A stretch of DNA of 64,000 bases from Verrucomicrobiia bacterium (GTDB lineage: Bacteria > Verrucomicrobiota > Verrucomicrobiia > Limisphaerales > UBA1319). Each line of letters begins with the position of its first letter. The first letter of the stretch is position 1. Below are positions 27,774 to 37,041 of the stretch, piece by piece. The position numbers and the translations under genes are program-made. Under the pieces are notes generated by a model, which worked only from the letters and a program-made list of their open reading frames with translations, searched no databases and was not told the DNA's origin. The DNA lies in the NCBI GenBank assembly GCA_963664225.1, contig OY760937.1, positions 5,184,001-5,248,000 of the forward strand. The letters run 5' to 3'.

Positions 27774-28750
27774 AAATCACGATCATTGGTTCGGGAGCTT
27801 GGGGCAGCGCATTAGGGCGATTGCTGCATGAGGGAGGGCATTCTGTCACGCTTTGGGGAAACTTGCGCGAGCAGTTGGAGGTGATGCGGCAGACAGGACG
27901 GAACGAGTTGTGTCTGCCAGGAGTGGATTTGCCCCGGGACTGGACGCTTGAGCCGGATTTGGTGAAGGCAATGCAAGGGGCGGAGGTGGTGGTGGTGGCG
28001 GTTCCATCCAAACCCTTTCGAGAGGTGACGCAGTGTTTAAAAAATCATCGCGAAATCGTGGTCAGTGTGACCAAGGGCATTGAGTATGAGACGGGCTTGA
28101 CGATGAGTTCCGTGCTGCGGGAGAATGCACCTCAAGCGCGAATTGTGGCTTTATCCGGACCCACGCTGGCATTGGAGGTGGCGAAAGGCATTCCCACAGC
28201 GATTGTGGCTGCCAGCCAGGATTTGGAGGCGGCAAAAGCGGTTCAAATGCTGTTTCATCGGCCGACGTTCCGAGTCTATACGAGTCAGGATGTTCTTGGG
28301 GTTGAGATGGGAGGGGCGCTTAAAAATGTGATTGCGATTGCCGCAGGAGGGTGCGATGGGTTGGGCTTTGGCGATAATTCCAAGGCAGCGCTCATTACGC
28401 GAGGGATTGGGGAAATCCGCCGTTTGGGGGTCGCATGTGGGGCATTGCCTGAGACTTTTTCAGGGTTGAGTGGCTTGGGTGATCTGACCGTGACCTGTTT
28501 TTCCCGTTTAAGTCGCAACCGTGGATTTGGGGAGCGATTAGGCCGGGGCGAGAACTTGGAGTATATTTTAAAGACTTTAACCGCTGTGGCGGAGGGATAT
28601 CCAACAGCACGCTCGGCTTTTCATCTGGCGCGGCAGCGTGGAGTTGTCACGCCGATCATCGACCAGGTTCATGCGATGTTGTATGAGGGCAAGAATATCG
28701 AGCAGGCGGTGCATGATCTGATTGGCCGCAGCGAAAAGTCTGAAGTTTAA
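27770..28750 (+). CDS. gpsA: NAD(P)H-dependent glycerol-3-phosphate dehydrogenase
   Basis: GSGAWGSAL, KGIE, ALKNVIAIAAG, GLGDLTVTCFS..SRNR. Confidence 0.96.
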   Translation: MKITIIGSGAWGSALGRLLHEGGHSVTLWGNLREQLEVMRQTGRNELCLPGVDLPRDWTLEPDLVKAMQGAEVVVVAVPSKPFREVTQCLKNHREIVVSVTKGIEYETGLTMSSVLRENAPQARIVALSGPTLALEVAKGIPTAIVAASQDLEAAKAVQMLFHRPTFRVYTSQDVLGVEMGGALKNVIAIAAGGCDGLGFGDNSKAALITRGIGEIRRLGVACGALPETFSGLSGLGDLTVTCFSRLSRNRGFGERLGRGENLEYILKTLTAVAEGYPTARSAFHLARQRGVVTPIIDQVHAMLYEGKNIEQAVHDLIGRSEKSEV

Positions 28751-29017
28751 TTGAGGCGGTACGGATGGTGACGATTTGAAGTTGTTCAGAGGGTAGGACA
28801 GGAATGACCTATTTGGACTGCCTTGGAATTTCATAAGCTCCTCGAGCGACACTCTTATTGGAGGGCTGTCCCAACTCTGGCAGGGGATCTTAGCCCATGA
28901 TTCTGCCGTATTATTGGCCAATGTGGAGGCTAAAACGTTCATATCCAGTCATCAAGGTTCGAAACTAATTCGAACTTAGATGTAGAAATGCTCGATTTTT
29001 TCATGCCCAAATGGTGT

Positions 29018-29033
29018 CGGCACGAAATTAGCT
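29018..29033 (+). promoter_or_regulatory. sigma54-type promoter candidate
   Basis: cGGcacgaaattaGCt (GG-N10-GC); perfect inverted repeat GTTCGAA-N5-TTCGAAC at 28957-28975 upstream. Confidence 0.5.
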
Positions 29034-29110
29034 GTGCAGTGTTTCCAAGCGGCACGATGAAGGCAGAAAGTCGAAAAACAAAAGCAAACAAACTATTCAA
29101 TAAGAATAGG

Positions 29111-30484
29111 ATGCGTCAGCTTCCCATGGTGGTAATCGTTCATGACGATCCGGTGCAACTGTCCAAGATTTCGCTATTGGCTGGAATGGAGACGGCAGAG
29201 GTTCATTCGTTCCGTAGTGTCGGGGATGCGCTGCAATTCATGAGCAAATCAGGGCCGCCACAATTGATCATCACCGCATTAAACATGCCAGGTACTGATG
29301 GCATTCGGTTCTGTAAAATGGTGCGTTCGCCGGAGTTTTTCGTTTTGAACGAAGTGCCGATATTGGTGATTTCGGCCAATTGTGGAGGAATGGATGCCCA
29401 CTCCTTTATGGCAGGCTTGGGAGTCATTGACTTTATTGGAATTCCCTATGACGTGAACGATTTTAGGAAAAGAGTGTGTAAACTGTTGAAGGGCGCTTCG
29501 TCTCCATCGGTTCCCGGATTTTTATTATTGAACGAGGACGCGGTGTTTTCCAGGTCCTTGAAAAAAGCGATGCGGGAAGGTGGTTATGCAGTCCACATCG
29601 CCAGACGGCAGGCGGATTTGTGGGCCTTCTTTTACAAGCACAGGCCTCTTGGAGTGGTGCTCGACAGCGCTCTTGCTGCAGAACTCAATGGAACGACGAT
29701 TGACGAGATCAAACGTCACAATCCGCTTTGCGTGGTCGTCGTTGTCAGTGAAAAGACTTCAAGCGATGAGGCGGCTCAATGGATCGAGGCGGGAGCGAAT
29801 GCCTATATTGGGAAGAATTCCACTGCAAAAGAAATTGTTGGTGTTTGCGAATCGGCGAGCCGGGAACGGACGTTTCTTGGGATAAAGGACCGCCAGGAGG
29901 TGGATGAAGAGGCTCATAAATCGAGTGATTCGCTGTATCACGCGTTGTTTGAAGCAGCAGGTGAAGCCATGTTGGTTTTTGAAGAACAATCCGGGAAGAT
30001 CGTGGAGGCAAATGCGGCCGCAACGGTTTTATATCGCAGCACGCGGACCGAACTGCGGGGGATGCGATTCGGGGAATTGGCTGCGGCGGAGATTGGGACA
30101 TGCCAGGAGTCTGACGATGGCGGGAATTTGATGCATGCGTGGCACCGCAGGAAAAGCGGTGGTGGTTTTGCGGCGGAGATCGTGGTGCGGCCTTTTTCAG
30201 CGCACAATTTGCTGTTGAACGTGGCAGTGGTGCGTGATTTGACCGATCGGATGGTTGCGGACAAGACAAAAGAGCAGGCAAGGATCCCATTACATGCCTG
30301 TCGGGCGAGTAGTCCGACCTTGCCAAGATTACTGCATATTTGCGCGAATTGTAAAAAGATCAAGGACGACACGGGGCTTTGGACGGGATTGGAATTATAT
30401 CTAAGCGGTTACGACGGCACGCAGTTTAGCCATAGCATCTGTCCCAATTGTGTGAAGAAACTCTATCCTGATCATAGCAAGTAA
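29111..30484 (+). CDS. REC-REC-PAS protein with C-terminal Cys4 domain
   Basis: REC1 (VHDD...ITALNMPGTDG), REC2 (VVLD...GANAYIGK), PAS (LFEAAGEAM...HRRKSGGGF), CANCKKIKDD...SHSICPNC; start 29111 preferred because the sigma54 site lies inside the track ORF. Confidence 0.75.
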   Translation: MRQLPMVVIVHDDPVQLSKISLLAGMETAEVHSFRSVGDALQFMSKSGPPQLIITALNMPGTDGIRFCKMVRSPEFFVLNEVPILVISANCGGMDAHSFMAGLGVIDFIGIPYDVNDFRKRVCKLLKGASSPSVPGFLLLNEDAVFSRSLKKAMREGGYAVHIARRQADLWAFFYKHRPLGVVLDSALAAELNGTTIDEIKRHNPLCVVVVVSEKTSSDEAAQWIEAGANAYIGKNSTAKEIVGVCESASRERTFLGIKDRQEVDEEAHKSSDSLYHALFEAAGEAMLVFEEQSGKIVEANAAATVLYRSTRTELRGMRFGELAAAEIGTCQESDDGGNLMHAWHRRKSGGGFAAEIVVRPFSAHNLLLNVAVVRDLTDRMVADKTKEQARIPLHACRASSPTLPRLLHICANCKKIKDDTGLWTGLELYLSGYDGTQFSHSICPNCVKKLYPDHSK

Positions 30485-30511
30485 GTTGCGACTCAGGGCT
30501 GGCTGCGGTTT

Positions 30512-32035
30512 TCAGCGAATCGAGAAGGGAAATCGCATTTCCTCCATGTATATTTCCTCGAAGCGCGGATCAGCGTTTAAATTGACATGGCGAATACGTT
30601 TTCGCAAAGGGCCAGTGTGGTCAATTATTTGGCTAACATTGAATAGCGCCATTTTGGCGCCAAGCAGTGCGGTGTTACCTGCTGGTTGGATCTGACTGCC
30701 AGAGAAATGAAACAGTCCAATGCGACGGGCGCTTTCGTGGTTAATGTAGTTGCCAAACGCGCCAGCGAGATAAATTCTTTCGACTTGTTCAGGTTGTGCG
30801 CCCCATTGGGTCAGAAGAATGCGCACGCCCGCCGCGATGGCGCCCTTCGCTAATTGCAGTTCACGGATGTCGGCCTGAATGAGTTTGACGGGGTTTTCCA
30901 AGAGGAAAGGCTCCTCTTTAATGGTAAGTCGGCCCTGCGGTTGAATAGCGCCCATGTCCAATCCGACCGCCACCGCATCGACCAGGCCGCTGCCGCATAT
31001 ACCGCGAGGGGAGACTCCTCCCAGAACGCTGCAGACAAGTTTGTTTTGTTCCATGTGAACTTCTGAGATGGCACCCGTGACCGCTCGCATACCCATGAAA
31101 ATTCGGGAACCTTCGAAAGCAGGACCCGCAGCGGTGGAGGCGCAGAGGAGACGTTCCTTGTTTCCGATGACGATTTCGCCATTGGTGCCCAGATCTATGA
31201 GGCACTGGAGATTTTGGCTCAGGTGAATGCGAGTGGCCAAAATTCCTGCGAGGATGTCGCTGCCCACAAAGCCGCCGAGGCACGGAAGGAATTGGATGGC
31301 AGTGTGTTCTGGAAAATCCCAGTTCAGATCAGAGGGTTGAAAAGTCTGCAATCCATTCGCAGGCGATTCAAATGGATAGTGTGCAAGAGGTTCCACGCTT
31401 AACCCGCAGAATAAATGGTGCATTACAGTGTTTCCAACCAACACGATGGAACGCAAATCCGAGATGGAAGCGGAAGTGTTGACGAATAATGTTTGCACCA
31501 AGAAGGCGATTTGATCACGGACGGAGCGAGTCAATGACTGGCGATTGTCTTTGGTCAGAGTGTATTGGATGCGGGTCATGATATCGGCACCGTGCGTGGC
31601 TTGCGAATTGAGGGCGCTTTGAACGCCAAGGATTTGTCCGGTGCGTCGGTCAATCAATTGAGCGACGATGGTTGTGGTGCCCAGGTCAATGGCGATGCCC
31701 AATCCGGGGGCGGGTTCAAACGTAAAGGGCGTGTCATCCGAGAGTATCGTGGCTTCCCATTGCGCCAGATCAATGGTTAAGTCATTGGTAACCAATACAC
31801 AGCAAGCGAGACGCCAACCCTCCGCAATTTCTTTTGGACTGAGTTTTTGCTGCTGTTCTGGGGTGATGGGGGCTTCACCTTCAAGAACTTTGATGCGGCA
31901 GCCACGACAACGAGCTTTGCCTCCGCAGGGGAATTCGACACCATAGGCGAAAAGGACATGACGTAGAGGAGTGCCTGGGGGGACTTGGATGGTTTTACCA
32001 AGTGGTTGCAGTTGAATACGAATCAGACGGTTCAT
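30512..32035 (-). CDS. ASKHA/DUF4445 ATP-dependent corrinoid reductive activator (RACo-like) with N-terminal 2Fe-2S domain
   Basis: CGGKARCRGC...RLAC, AIDLGTTT, GNTVMHHLF, IDLGTNGEI, STAAGPAFEG, GICGSG, QLAKGAI, LAGAFG. Confidence 0.9.
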   Translation of the reverse strand: MNRLIRIQLQPLGKTIQVPPGTPLRHVLFAYGVEFPCGGKARCRGCRIKVLEGEAPITPEQQQKLSPKEIAEGWRLACCVLVTNDLTIDLAQWEATILSDDTPFTFEPAPGLGIAIDLGTTTIVAQLIDRRTGQILGVQSALNSQATHGADIMTRIQYTLTKDNRQSLTRSVRDQIAFLVQTLFVNTSASISDLRSIVLVGNTVMHHLFCGLSVEPLAHYPFESPANGLQTFQPSDLNWDFPEHTAIQFLPCLGGFVGSDILAGILATRIHLSQNLQCLIDLGTNGEIVIGNKERLLCASTAAGPAFEGSRIFMGMRAVTGAISEVHMEQNKLVCSVLGGVSPRGICGSGLVDAVAVGLDMGAIQPQGRLTIKEEPFLLENPVKLIQADIRELQLAKGAIAAGVRILLTQWGAQPEQVERIYLAGAFGNYINHESARRIGLFHFSGSQIQPAGNTALLGAKMALFNVSQIIDHTGPLRKRIRHVNLNADPRFEEIYMEEMRFPFSIR

Positions 32036-32277
32036 GCTGTAGTGATGAAATTGGGGATCGGTTGTCTTTTTTGCAAGCTGGAAGGTGCTGAGGTGCATGA
32101 AATGAAGGAACATGAGTCACGCTGAGGGACCAGATAGTTCGGATAACGGAGTTGAGGTGTGGAAATCGCGCGTGAAGCGCGGAAAAAACGGGCCAGGAAG
32201 CGTTTAACAAGGGGTAAACAACTGAAAAATAGACCAAAAAGGCGTTTTATTGTTACAAAATGCCCAAATCAAGCGGA

Positions 32278-32293
32278 TGGCATGGTTGTTGCT
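32278..32293 (+). promoter_or_regulatory. sigma54-type promoter candidate
   Basis: TGGCATGGTTGTTGCT, near-consensus TGGCAC-N5-TTGC. Confidence 0.6.
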
Positions 32294-32313
32294 AAATTAA
32301 ACGCGGGAACTTT

Positions 32314-32412
32314 ATGAAAACATCACGTAATACGAGGTGTTTAAATACTTACCGCTTCCGCTTTCAATGGCAGAAGCAAAAAGCCCCTGCTATCCCAAGT
32401 CGGGTTGCATAG
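32314..32412 (+). CDS. possible 32-aa peptide MKTSRNTRCLNTYRFRFQWQKQKAPAIPSRVA
   Basis: Short ORF 20 bp downstream of the sigma54-like site, preceded by ggga; below the ORF-track cut-off. Confidence 0.3.
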   Translation: MKTSRNTRCLNTYRFRFQWQKQKAPAIPSRVA

Positions 32413-32901
32413 CCCGGCTTTCTTCACAAGCTGTAGGTTGGCTGGCGGTTCGCGAAAGCGGGCCGCCAGATTTTTTTCTGGCTAAAGTATCGTTTAGAAT
32501 TCTCAAAGACTCAAGGAAAAAAGGTGTTTGACGCACTGATAATTCTGAGTATTCAAAATTACTTTCAGACTTCGCGCACCCGCATTGTTCCCATTCCGTC
32601 CGGATTACGATTGCTTGCTTGATTGGTTTGGCGTGCCAGTCAAGAGCATGAGTTTTTTTTGGATTGGCAACGATGTGTATTGTTTTTGGAGGGTTTGTTG
32701 GGAACATGCCGAAAAATGGACGAAATGTAGCGTTAAACTTCAACATACATGTAGAAATAAAATAATAAAAAAAACAATAAAAAGAAATAATTCACTACTG
32801 TTGTAACATATTAAAAACAAGCAGTATGTGAATAATATATGAGAAAATATTGTGATCTAAAAAGATGATGATTTCATTAATAACCTCATTATGAATGTGG
32901 C

Positions 32902-32917
32902 AGGCAGTGCTTTTGCT
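32902..32917 (+). promoter_or_regulatory. sigma54-type promoter candidate
   Basis: aGGcagtgcttttGCt, ~40 bp before the FN3/PEP-CTERM operon, preceded by an AT-rich tract. Confidence 0.5.
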
Positions 32918-32954
32918 TGAGGCCAGGCATGTCTAAGTCGTTTGACGAAATTGT

Positions 32955-33794
32955 ATGAAATCGTTTGGCTTGAAGTTAACAGAACTACTGCTGGCGGTTG
33001 GATTATTGGTCGGAGCGGCGAGCGTTTGTTCCGGCGGGCAAAATGTCACCCTGGCATGGGATCCGAACACGGAAACCGGCCTGGCGTGCTACAAGATTCA
33101 TTTTGGGGTGAAAAGCCAGGTTTATACCAACTGCATCACGGTGGGCACAAACGCGACCGCTGTGGTGTCCAATCTAGTGGAGGGAGTCACTTATTACTTT
33201 GTGGCGACGGCGTTCAGCACGACAGAACTCGAAAGCCTGCCTTCCAATGAGGTGAGCTACAGTGTGCCTGTGCTAAACCATGCTCCTGTGGCCAACGATG
33301 ATCATATTTTCGCGGATATGGGTAGTGTTTCGAGGTTTTCGCTGCTGACGTTCTTGCGCAACGACTCGGAACCGGACCACGATGCAATTACGATTAGTGC
33401 AGTCAACGCGAAGAGCGCGATGAATGCCACTGTGGCGCTGTCGGGCAATTATGTATTTTATTCGCCTCCAACGAGTTTTCAAGGGGAGGACAGTTTTGTA
33501 TATACGGTGGCAGATGGCAAGGGAGGATCGGCGCAGGCGACGGTCAAGGTAACGGTTGCTGCCCCCGTGAAACCCGTGCGTAATCCGAGTGGCATCAAGT
33601 CGCTGGCCGATGGATGCAAACGCGTCACGTTCCAGGGATTTCCAGGGTCAAGTTTCGTGGTTGAGGCATCGACGAATCTGGTGAATTGGGCTACAATAGC
33701 CACAGTGCTGGCCGACAGTGTGGGAGGGATTGAGTATTTGGATGCTCAAGCTGGGAAGTACAGCAGCCGATATTATCGGTTAACGGTTCCGTGA
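32955..33794 (+). CDS. secreted FN3 + cadherin-like/Ig protein with Verrucomicrobia-type C-terminal domain
   Basis: Signal peptide, VTLAWDPN...GVTYYFVATA...ES..SNEV (FN3), NHAPVANDD...DSFVYTVADGKGG, EASTNLVNW...YYRL. Confidence 0.85.
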   Translation: MKSFGLKLTELLLAVGLLVGAASVCSGGQNVTLAWDPNTETGLACYKIHFGVKSQVYTNCITVGTNATAVVSNLVEGVTYYFVATAFSTTELESLPSNEVSYSVPVLNHAPVANDDHIFADMGSVSRFSLLTFLRNDSEPDHDAITISAVNAKSAMNATVALSGNYVFYSPPTSFQGEDSFVYTVADGKGGSAQATVKVTVAAPVKPVRNPSGIKSLADGCKRVTFQGFPGSSFVVEASTNLVNWATIATVLADSVGGIEYLDAQAGKYSSRYYRLTVP

Positions 33795-33795
33795 A

Positions 33796-34554
33796 ATGAC
33801 CAATATGAAAAAATATTTGAAGCAATCCCTGTATTTGACCGCCTTGCTCGGGACTTGCGTGGCGGCCAATGCACAGGTGACCATAGAGACCTACACTTTC
33901 GCAGGAATCAACACGCCGATCGATGCGACTTTTGGGACGATAGACTCACACTCGATAGCTTCGTCGATCACCAGCATTACGAGTGTGGAGGTGTTTCTGA
34001 ACATTACGAGCACTGATTTTAACAGCGATTTGAAGGTTGTTTTGTCCCATGGGGCGGATTCGGCGGTGTTGCTCAACCGGGTAGGACGCGACACCAGTTC
34101 GGCGGATCTTAGTTTGAGGAGTTTTGGTTATAACGATAAAGGGTTCAACATCACGTTGTCTGACAGCGCCACGTATAATGATGGCACTGGGGACAAGGCC
34201 AAGGACGTGCATGTTTACCGTGCAATTCTTTATGGAAATAACAGCACCCCGATACCGGCTCCAGGAATTTTGACGGGCACTTTTGCACCTGATGGACGCA
34301 CAACGGATGGGTCATTGGCCACGACTGCGGATCCCCGGACGGCTCTGTTGAGTTCGTTTATAGGGAGCGATGCCAATGGAGCCTGGAATTTGCAGCTCAA
34401 GGATTTCTTTGCGCCATCTGAAACATCGACTTTGGTGAGTTGGGGGATGAACATCTCTGGCGTGCCTGAGCCGCAGACCTACGCGCTCGTGTTTGGGATC
34501 GGATTGATCGGGGTCGCTATGATTCGCAAGAGGTTTATAGGCAATCGTATCTGA
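33796..34554 (+). CDS. PEP-CTERM protein with proprotein-convertase P-like domain
   Basis: Signal peptide, ITSVEVFLNI...SDLKVVLSH...LLNRVG, ANGAWNL, VPEPQTYALVFGIGLIGVAMIRKR. Confidence 0.88.
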   Translation: MTNMKKYLKQSLYLTALLGTCVAANAQVTIETYTFAGINTPIDATFGTIDSHSIASSITSITSVEVFLNITSTDFNSDLKVVLSHGADSAVLLNRVGRDTSSADLSLRSFGYNDKGFNITLSDSATYNDGTGDKAKDVHVYRAILYGNNSTPIPAPGILTGTFAPDGRTTDGSLATTADPRTALLSSFIGSDANGAWNLQLKDFFAPSETSTLVSWGMNISGVPEPQTYALVFGIGLIGVAMIRKRFIGNRI

Positions 34555-34577
34555 ATTATTTTATCCAAATCGAAGTC

Positions 34578-34605
34578 AACGCAGCTCTCCAAAGCTGCGT
34601 TTTTT
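34578..34605 (+). terminator. intrinsic terminator
   Basis: aacgcagct-ctccaa-agctgcgtt plus T run. Confidence 0.7.
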
Positions 34606-34615
34606 ATGAGGTAAG

Positions 34616-34743
34616 TGTCCAGCAATAGGACATGTATTTCGATATAACAGGACACTGTGACAGGTGTTGAAGGGGATAATGATGTTAAAACGAGGAGAAT
34701 TTAAGGGAAACAGGGCTTTTCTTCAGATGGCATACGTGATGCT
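34616..34743 (+). promoter_or_regulatory. enhancer-like palindrome plus sigma54-type promoter candidate
   Basis: TGTCC-N7-GGACA (TGT-N11-ACA) at 34616-34632 and TGGCATACGTGATGCT at 34728-34743. Confidence 0.5.
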
Positions 34744-34756
34744 TTCTTTATTTTCG

Positions 34757-34954
34757 ATGACAACAGTGCTCTTAATCGTAGGTGGTCTGTGGCTGGTGAT
34801 CGCCTCAGTGTTAGGGATTGGGCTATGCCTGGCGGCCAAGAGGTCGATGCCGGCACCGACACAGGACGCGAAGCGGCCGCAATTTGCCCCCCAGGCTGCG
34901 GAATGCACGCATGAGCCTGCCTATGCGGTCAGCGCTGCCCGGCATCACGCGTAA
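34757..34954 (+). CDS. small single-TM protein (65 aa)
   Basis: MTTVLLIVGGLWLVIASVLGIGLCLAAKR...; lies between a sigma54-like promoter and a terminator. Confidence 0.5.
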   Translation: MTTVLLIVGGLWLVIASVLGIGLCLAAKRSMPAPTQDAKRPQFAPQAAECTHEPAYAVSAARHHA

Positions 34955-35007
34955 GTCGTTTCACTAAAAGAATTTACCATTTGTTTGGTGGATTCTGTAA
35001 AATTTAG

Positions 35008-35040
35008 AAGGCTGGAATGAGGTTCATTCCGGCCTTTTTT
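35008..35040 (+). terminator. intrinsic terminator
   Basis: aaggctggaatga-ggt-tcattccggcctt plus T run. Confidence 0.7.
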
Positions 35041-35185
35041 GTGTACGTGTTTTTTTTGCGACGGGGCGCCAAAATCAGCGTTCAACCGGTTGACCGTGGG
35101 TGGGGTGCAGGACAAAAATCTTCTTTTGATCGAATTATTGGTTTTTTTGTTGCCAAAGTATATAGTATGCTATACAGTATGCCGT

Positions 35186-35524
35186 ATGAACTCAATTGTT
35201 ACGCCTGAATCGTTGTTGCAGCAGATCGCCCGGATTGAGCCGCTGGAGCGCGGCAAACTCTGCGTCATGCGCCAGGGGCCCCAAGGTCCCTATTACAACC
35301 ACCAGACCTGGGAAAACGGGCATAATGTCTCGCGCTATGTTCCCCAAAACCAGGTGCCGCTCCTGGAGAAGGCGATTGCCGGTTACGAGCGATTCGAGAG
35401 TCTGGTCGAGCAATATGTCCAGATGATGGAGCAAAAGTCCCGGGATCAACGGGCCGCCGGGGTAAAAAAAAAGAGCCCACCCCGGACCTCCTCCTGGCCC
35501 AGGAGCAGGAAATCACGCAGTTGA
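35186..35524 (+). CDS. IS orfA (N-terminal part of a frameshifted transposase)
   Basis: MNSIVTPESLLQQIARI...ERGKL...GPYYNHQTWENG..VSRYVP; ends just after an A9G slippery run. Confidence 0.7.
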   Translation: MNSIVTPESLLQQIARIEPLERGKLCVMRQGPQGPYYNHQTWENGHNVSRYVPQNQVPLLEKAIAGYERFESLVEQYVQMMEQKSRDQRAAGVKKKSPPRTSSWPRSRKSRS

Positions 35525-36834
35525 TGGCCAGTTTTGGAGCGCAGACTCCCAATGGGCGGGTCGTCCAGCAACTCGAAATCCTGGTCCGCACGGCCATCTT
35601 CAAGCCCGCCAACGCATTGGTGGGCCTTTTGCTCCAGCAGGCCGCCAACCGGATCGATGCCGCCTACCAGCCCAAACCGGGCCAGGTTCGCAAGGGCCGT
35701 GTGACGGTGGAGGTGCAGGGGATTTTTGGCGTCTTCTCGCTAACCCGGGACTACTACCATCACCAAGGCCGCAAACAGGGGCATTATCCGACGGATGCCG
35801 CCCTGGGTCTGGAAACCGGCTACACACCCGCCCTGGCCCGGCTCGTCTGTCTGGAAGGGGCCGATGAAACCGGTTATCAGAAAGCGGAAAACCATTTGCG
35901 GGAAACCGCGGGCATCGAGATTTCGGCCCGCCAGATACAACGGGTCGCCCAGCGGGTGGGTGTCGACGCCCAGAAGTGGCAGGAACGGGATGTGGAGCCG
36001 GGGGCCTGCTCCACCGAGCCGGTTCCCATCCTGTATGTCAGCGCGGATGGCACCGGACTGCCCATGCGCCAGGAGGAGTTGGAGGGGCGCAAGGGAAAAG
36101 GGCCGGATGGAAAAGCCCTGACCCAGCAGTCCTACATGGGCTGTGTGTTCACCCAGCACCAGACCGATGAGGAGGGTCACCCGGTGCGCGATTACCAATC
36201 GACCACCTACGTGTCGAGCATGGCCGGGATCAAGGAGTTTGGCCCCTGCCTGCGGCGGGAGGCCCTACGCCGGGGCATGGGGGTGGCCCGGAAAGTCGTC
36301 CTTCTCGTCGATGGGGCCGCAGGCTTGGAACACATGGGCTGGGATTGCTTCAAGGGCTGCGTGCAGATCGTCGACTTCTACCACGCCATGGAGCACGGGG
36401 GCAAAGTGCTCGCCGCCTTGCTGGGCAACAAGGATCACCCCGAATACAAAAGGCGCCTTCGCGACTGGGCCAAACGCCTGCTCAAAAACGGAGTCGAAAA
36501 ACTCGTCGCCCAGGCCCGCCAGCAATGCGTCGGTAAATCCCAGGCTGTGGAGGTGGAACAGGAACTGACTTATTTCGTGAACAATATCCAACGCATGCAG
36601 TACGGAGCCTTCCGGGCCCAAGGGTTCTTCATTGGTTCAGGCGTCATCGAAGCGGGTTGCAAAACCGTCATCGGTGCCCGCTGCAAACAATCGGGCATGT
36701 TCTGGTCTCAAGACGGCGCTCAAAACATCCTCGCCTTGCGCTGCATTCACGCCAGCCACCGCCTCGACCAGTTCTGGAAATACCGCCTCAACAATCAAGC
36801 CGCCTGCAATGACGCCCTACCTCTGGCCGCCTGA
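35521..36834 (+). CDS. ISKra4-like DDE transposase (orfB)
   Basis: SADGTG, LVDGAAG, DFYHAMEH, IGSGVIEAGCKTVIGARCKQSGMFW. Confidence 0.9.
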   Translation: MMASFGAQTPNGRVVQQLEILVRTAIFKPANALVGLLLQQAANRIDAAYQPKPGQVRKGRVTVEVQGIFGVFSLTRDYYHHQGRKQGHYPTDAALGLETGYTPALARLVCLEGADETGYQKAENHLRETAGIEISARQIQRVAQRVGVDAQKWQERDVEPGACSTEPVPILYVSADGTGLPMRQEELEGRKGKGPDGKALTQQSYMGCVFTQHQTDEEGHPVRDYQSTTYVSSMAGIKEFGPCLRREALRRGMGVARKVVLLVDGAAGLEHMGWDCFKGCVQIVDFYHAMEHGGKVLAALLGNKDHPEYKRRLRDWAKRLLKNGVEKLVAQARQQCVGKSQAVEVEQELTYFVNNIQRMQYGAFRAQGFFIGSGVIEAGCKTVIGARCKQSGMFWSQDGAQNILALRCIHASHRLDQFWKYRLNNQAACNDALPLAA

Positions 36835-36900
36835 CCGAAGAATTTTGTCCTGCACCCAAGGCACAGGCAAGGGCGCTCCTGAGGTTGCGAATATCTTTGA

Positions 36901-37041
36901 TCATGGGGCATGCTCGTTTGTTGATTTCGTTTGTTCGTCACCGACCACGAGCTTTGATTCTTCGGCGAGAAGCCGCTCGGATTGGGTGGCCGCGCTGAGC
37001 AGTGTCGCTCCTGTGGTTGAGATGAATTCGCGTCGGTTCAT
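36901..37041 (-). pseudogene. 46-aa Tat-signal-bearing ORF remnant
   Basis: MNRREFISTTGATLLSAATQSERLLAEE...* has a twin-arginine motif but no mature domain. Confidence 0.45.

Larger units (their letters stand above)
35103..36857 (+). mobile_element. ISKra4-family-like insertion sequence (1755 bp)
   Basis: 21-bp terminal IRs gggtgcaggacaaaaatcttc / gaagaattttgtcctgcaccc (20/21 match); no target duplication visible. Confidence 0.88.
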
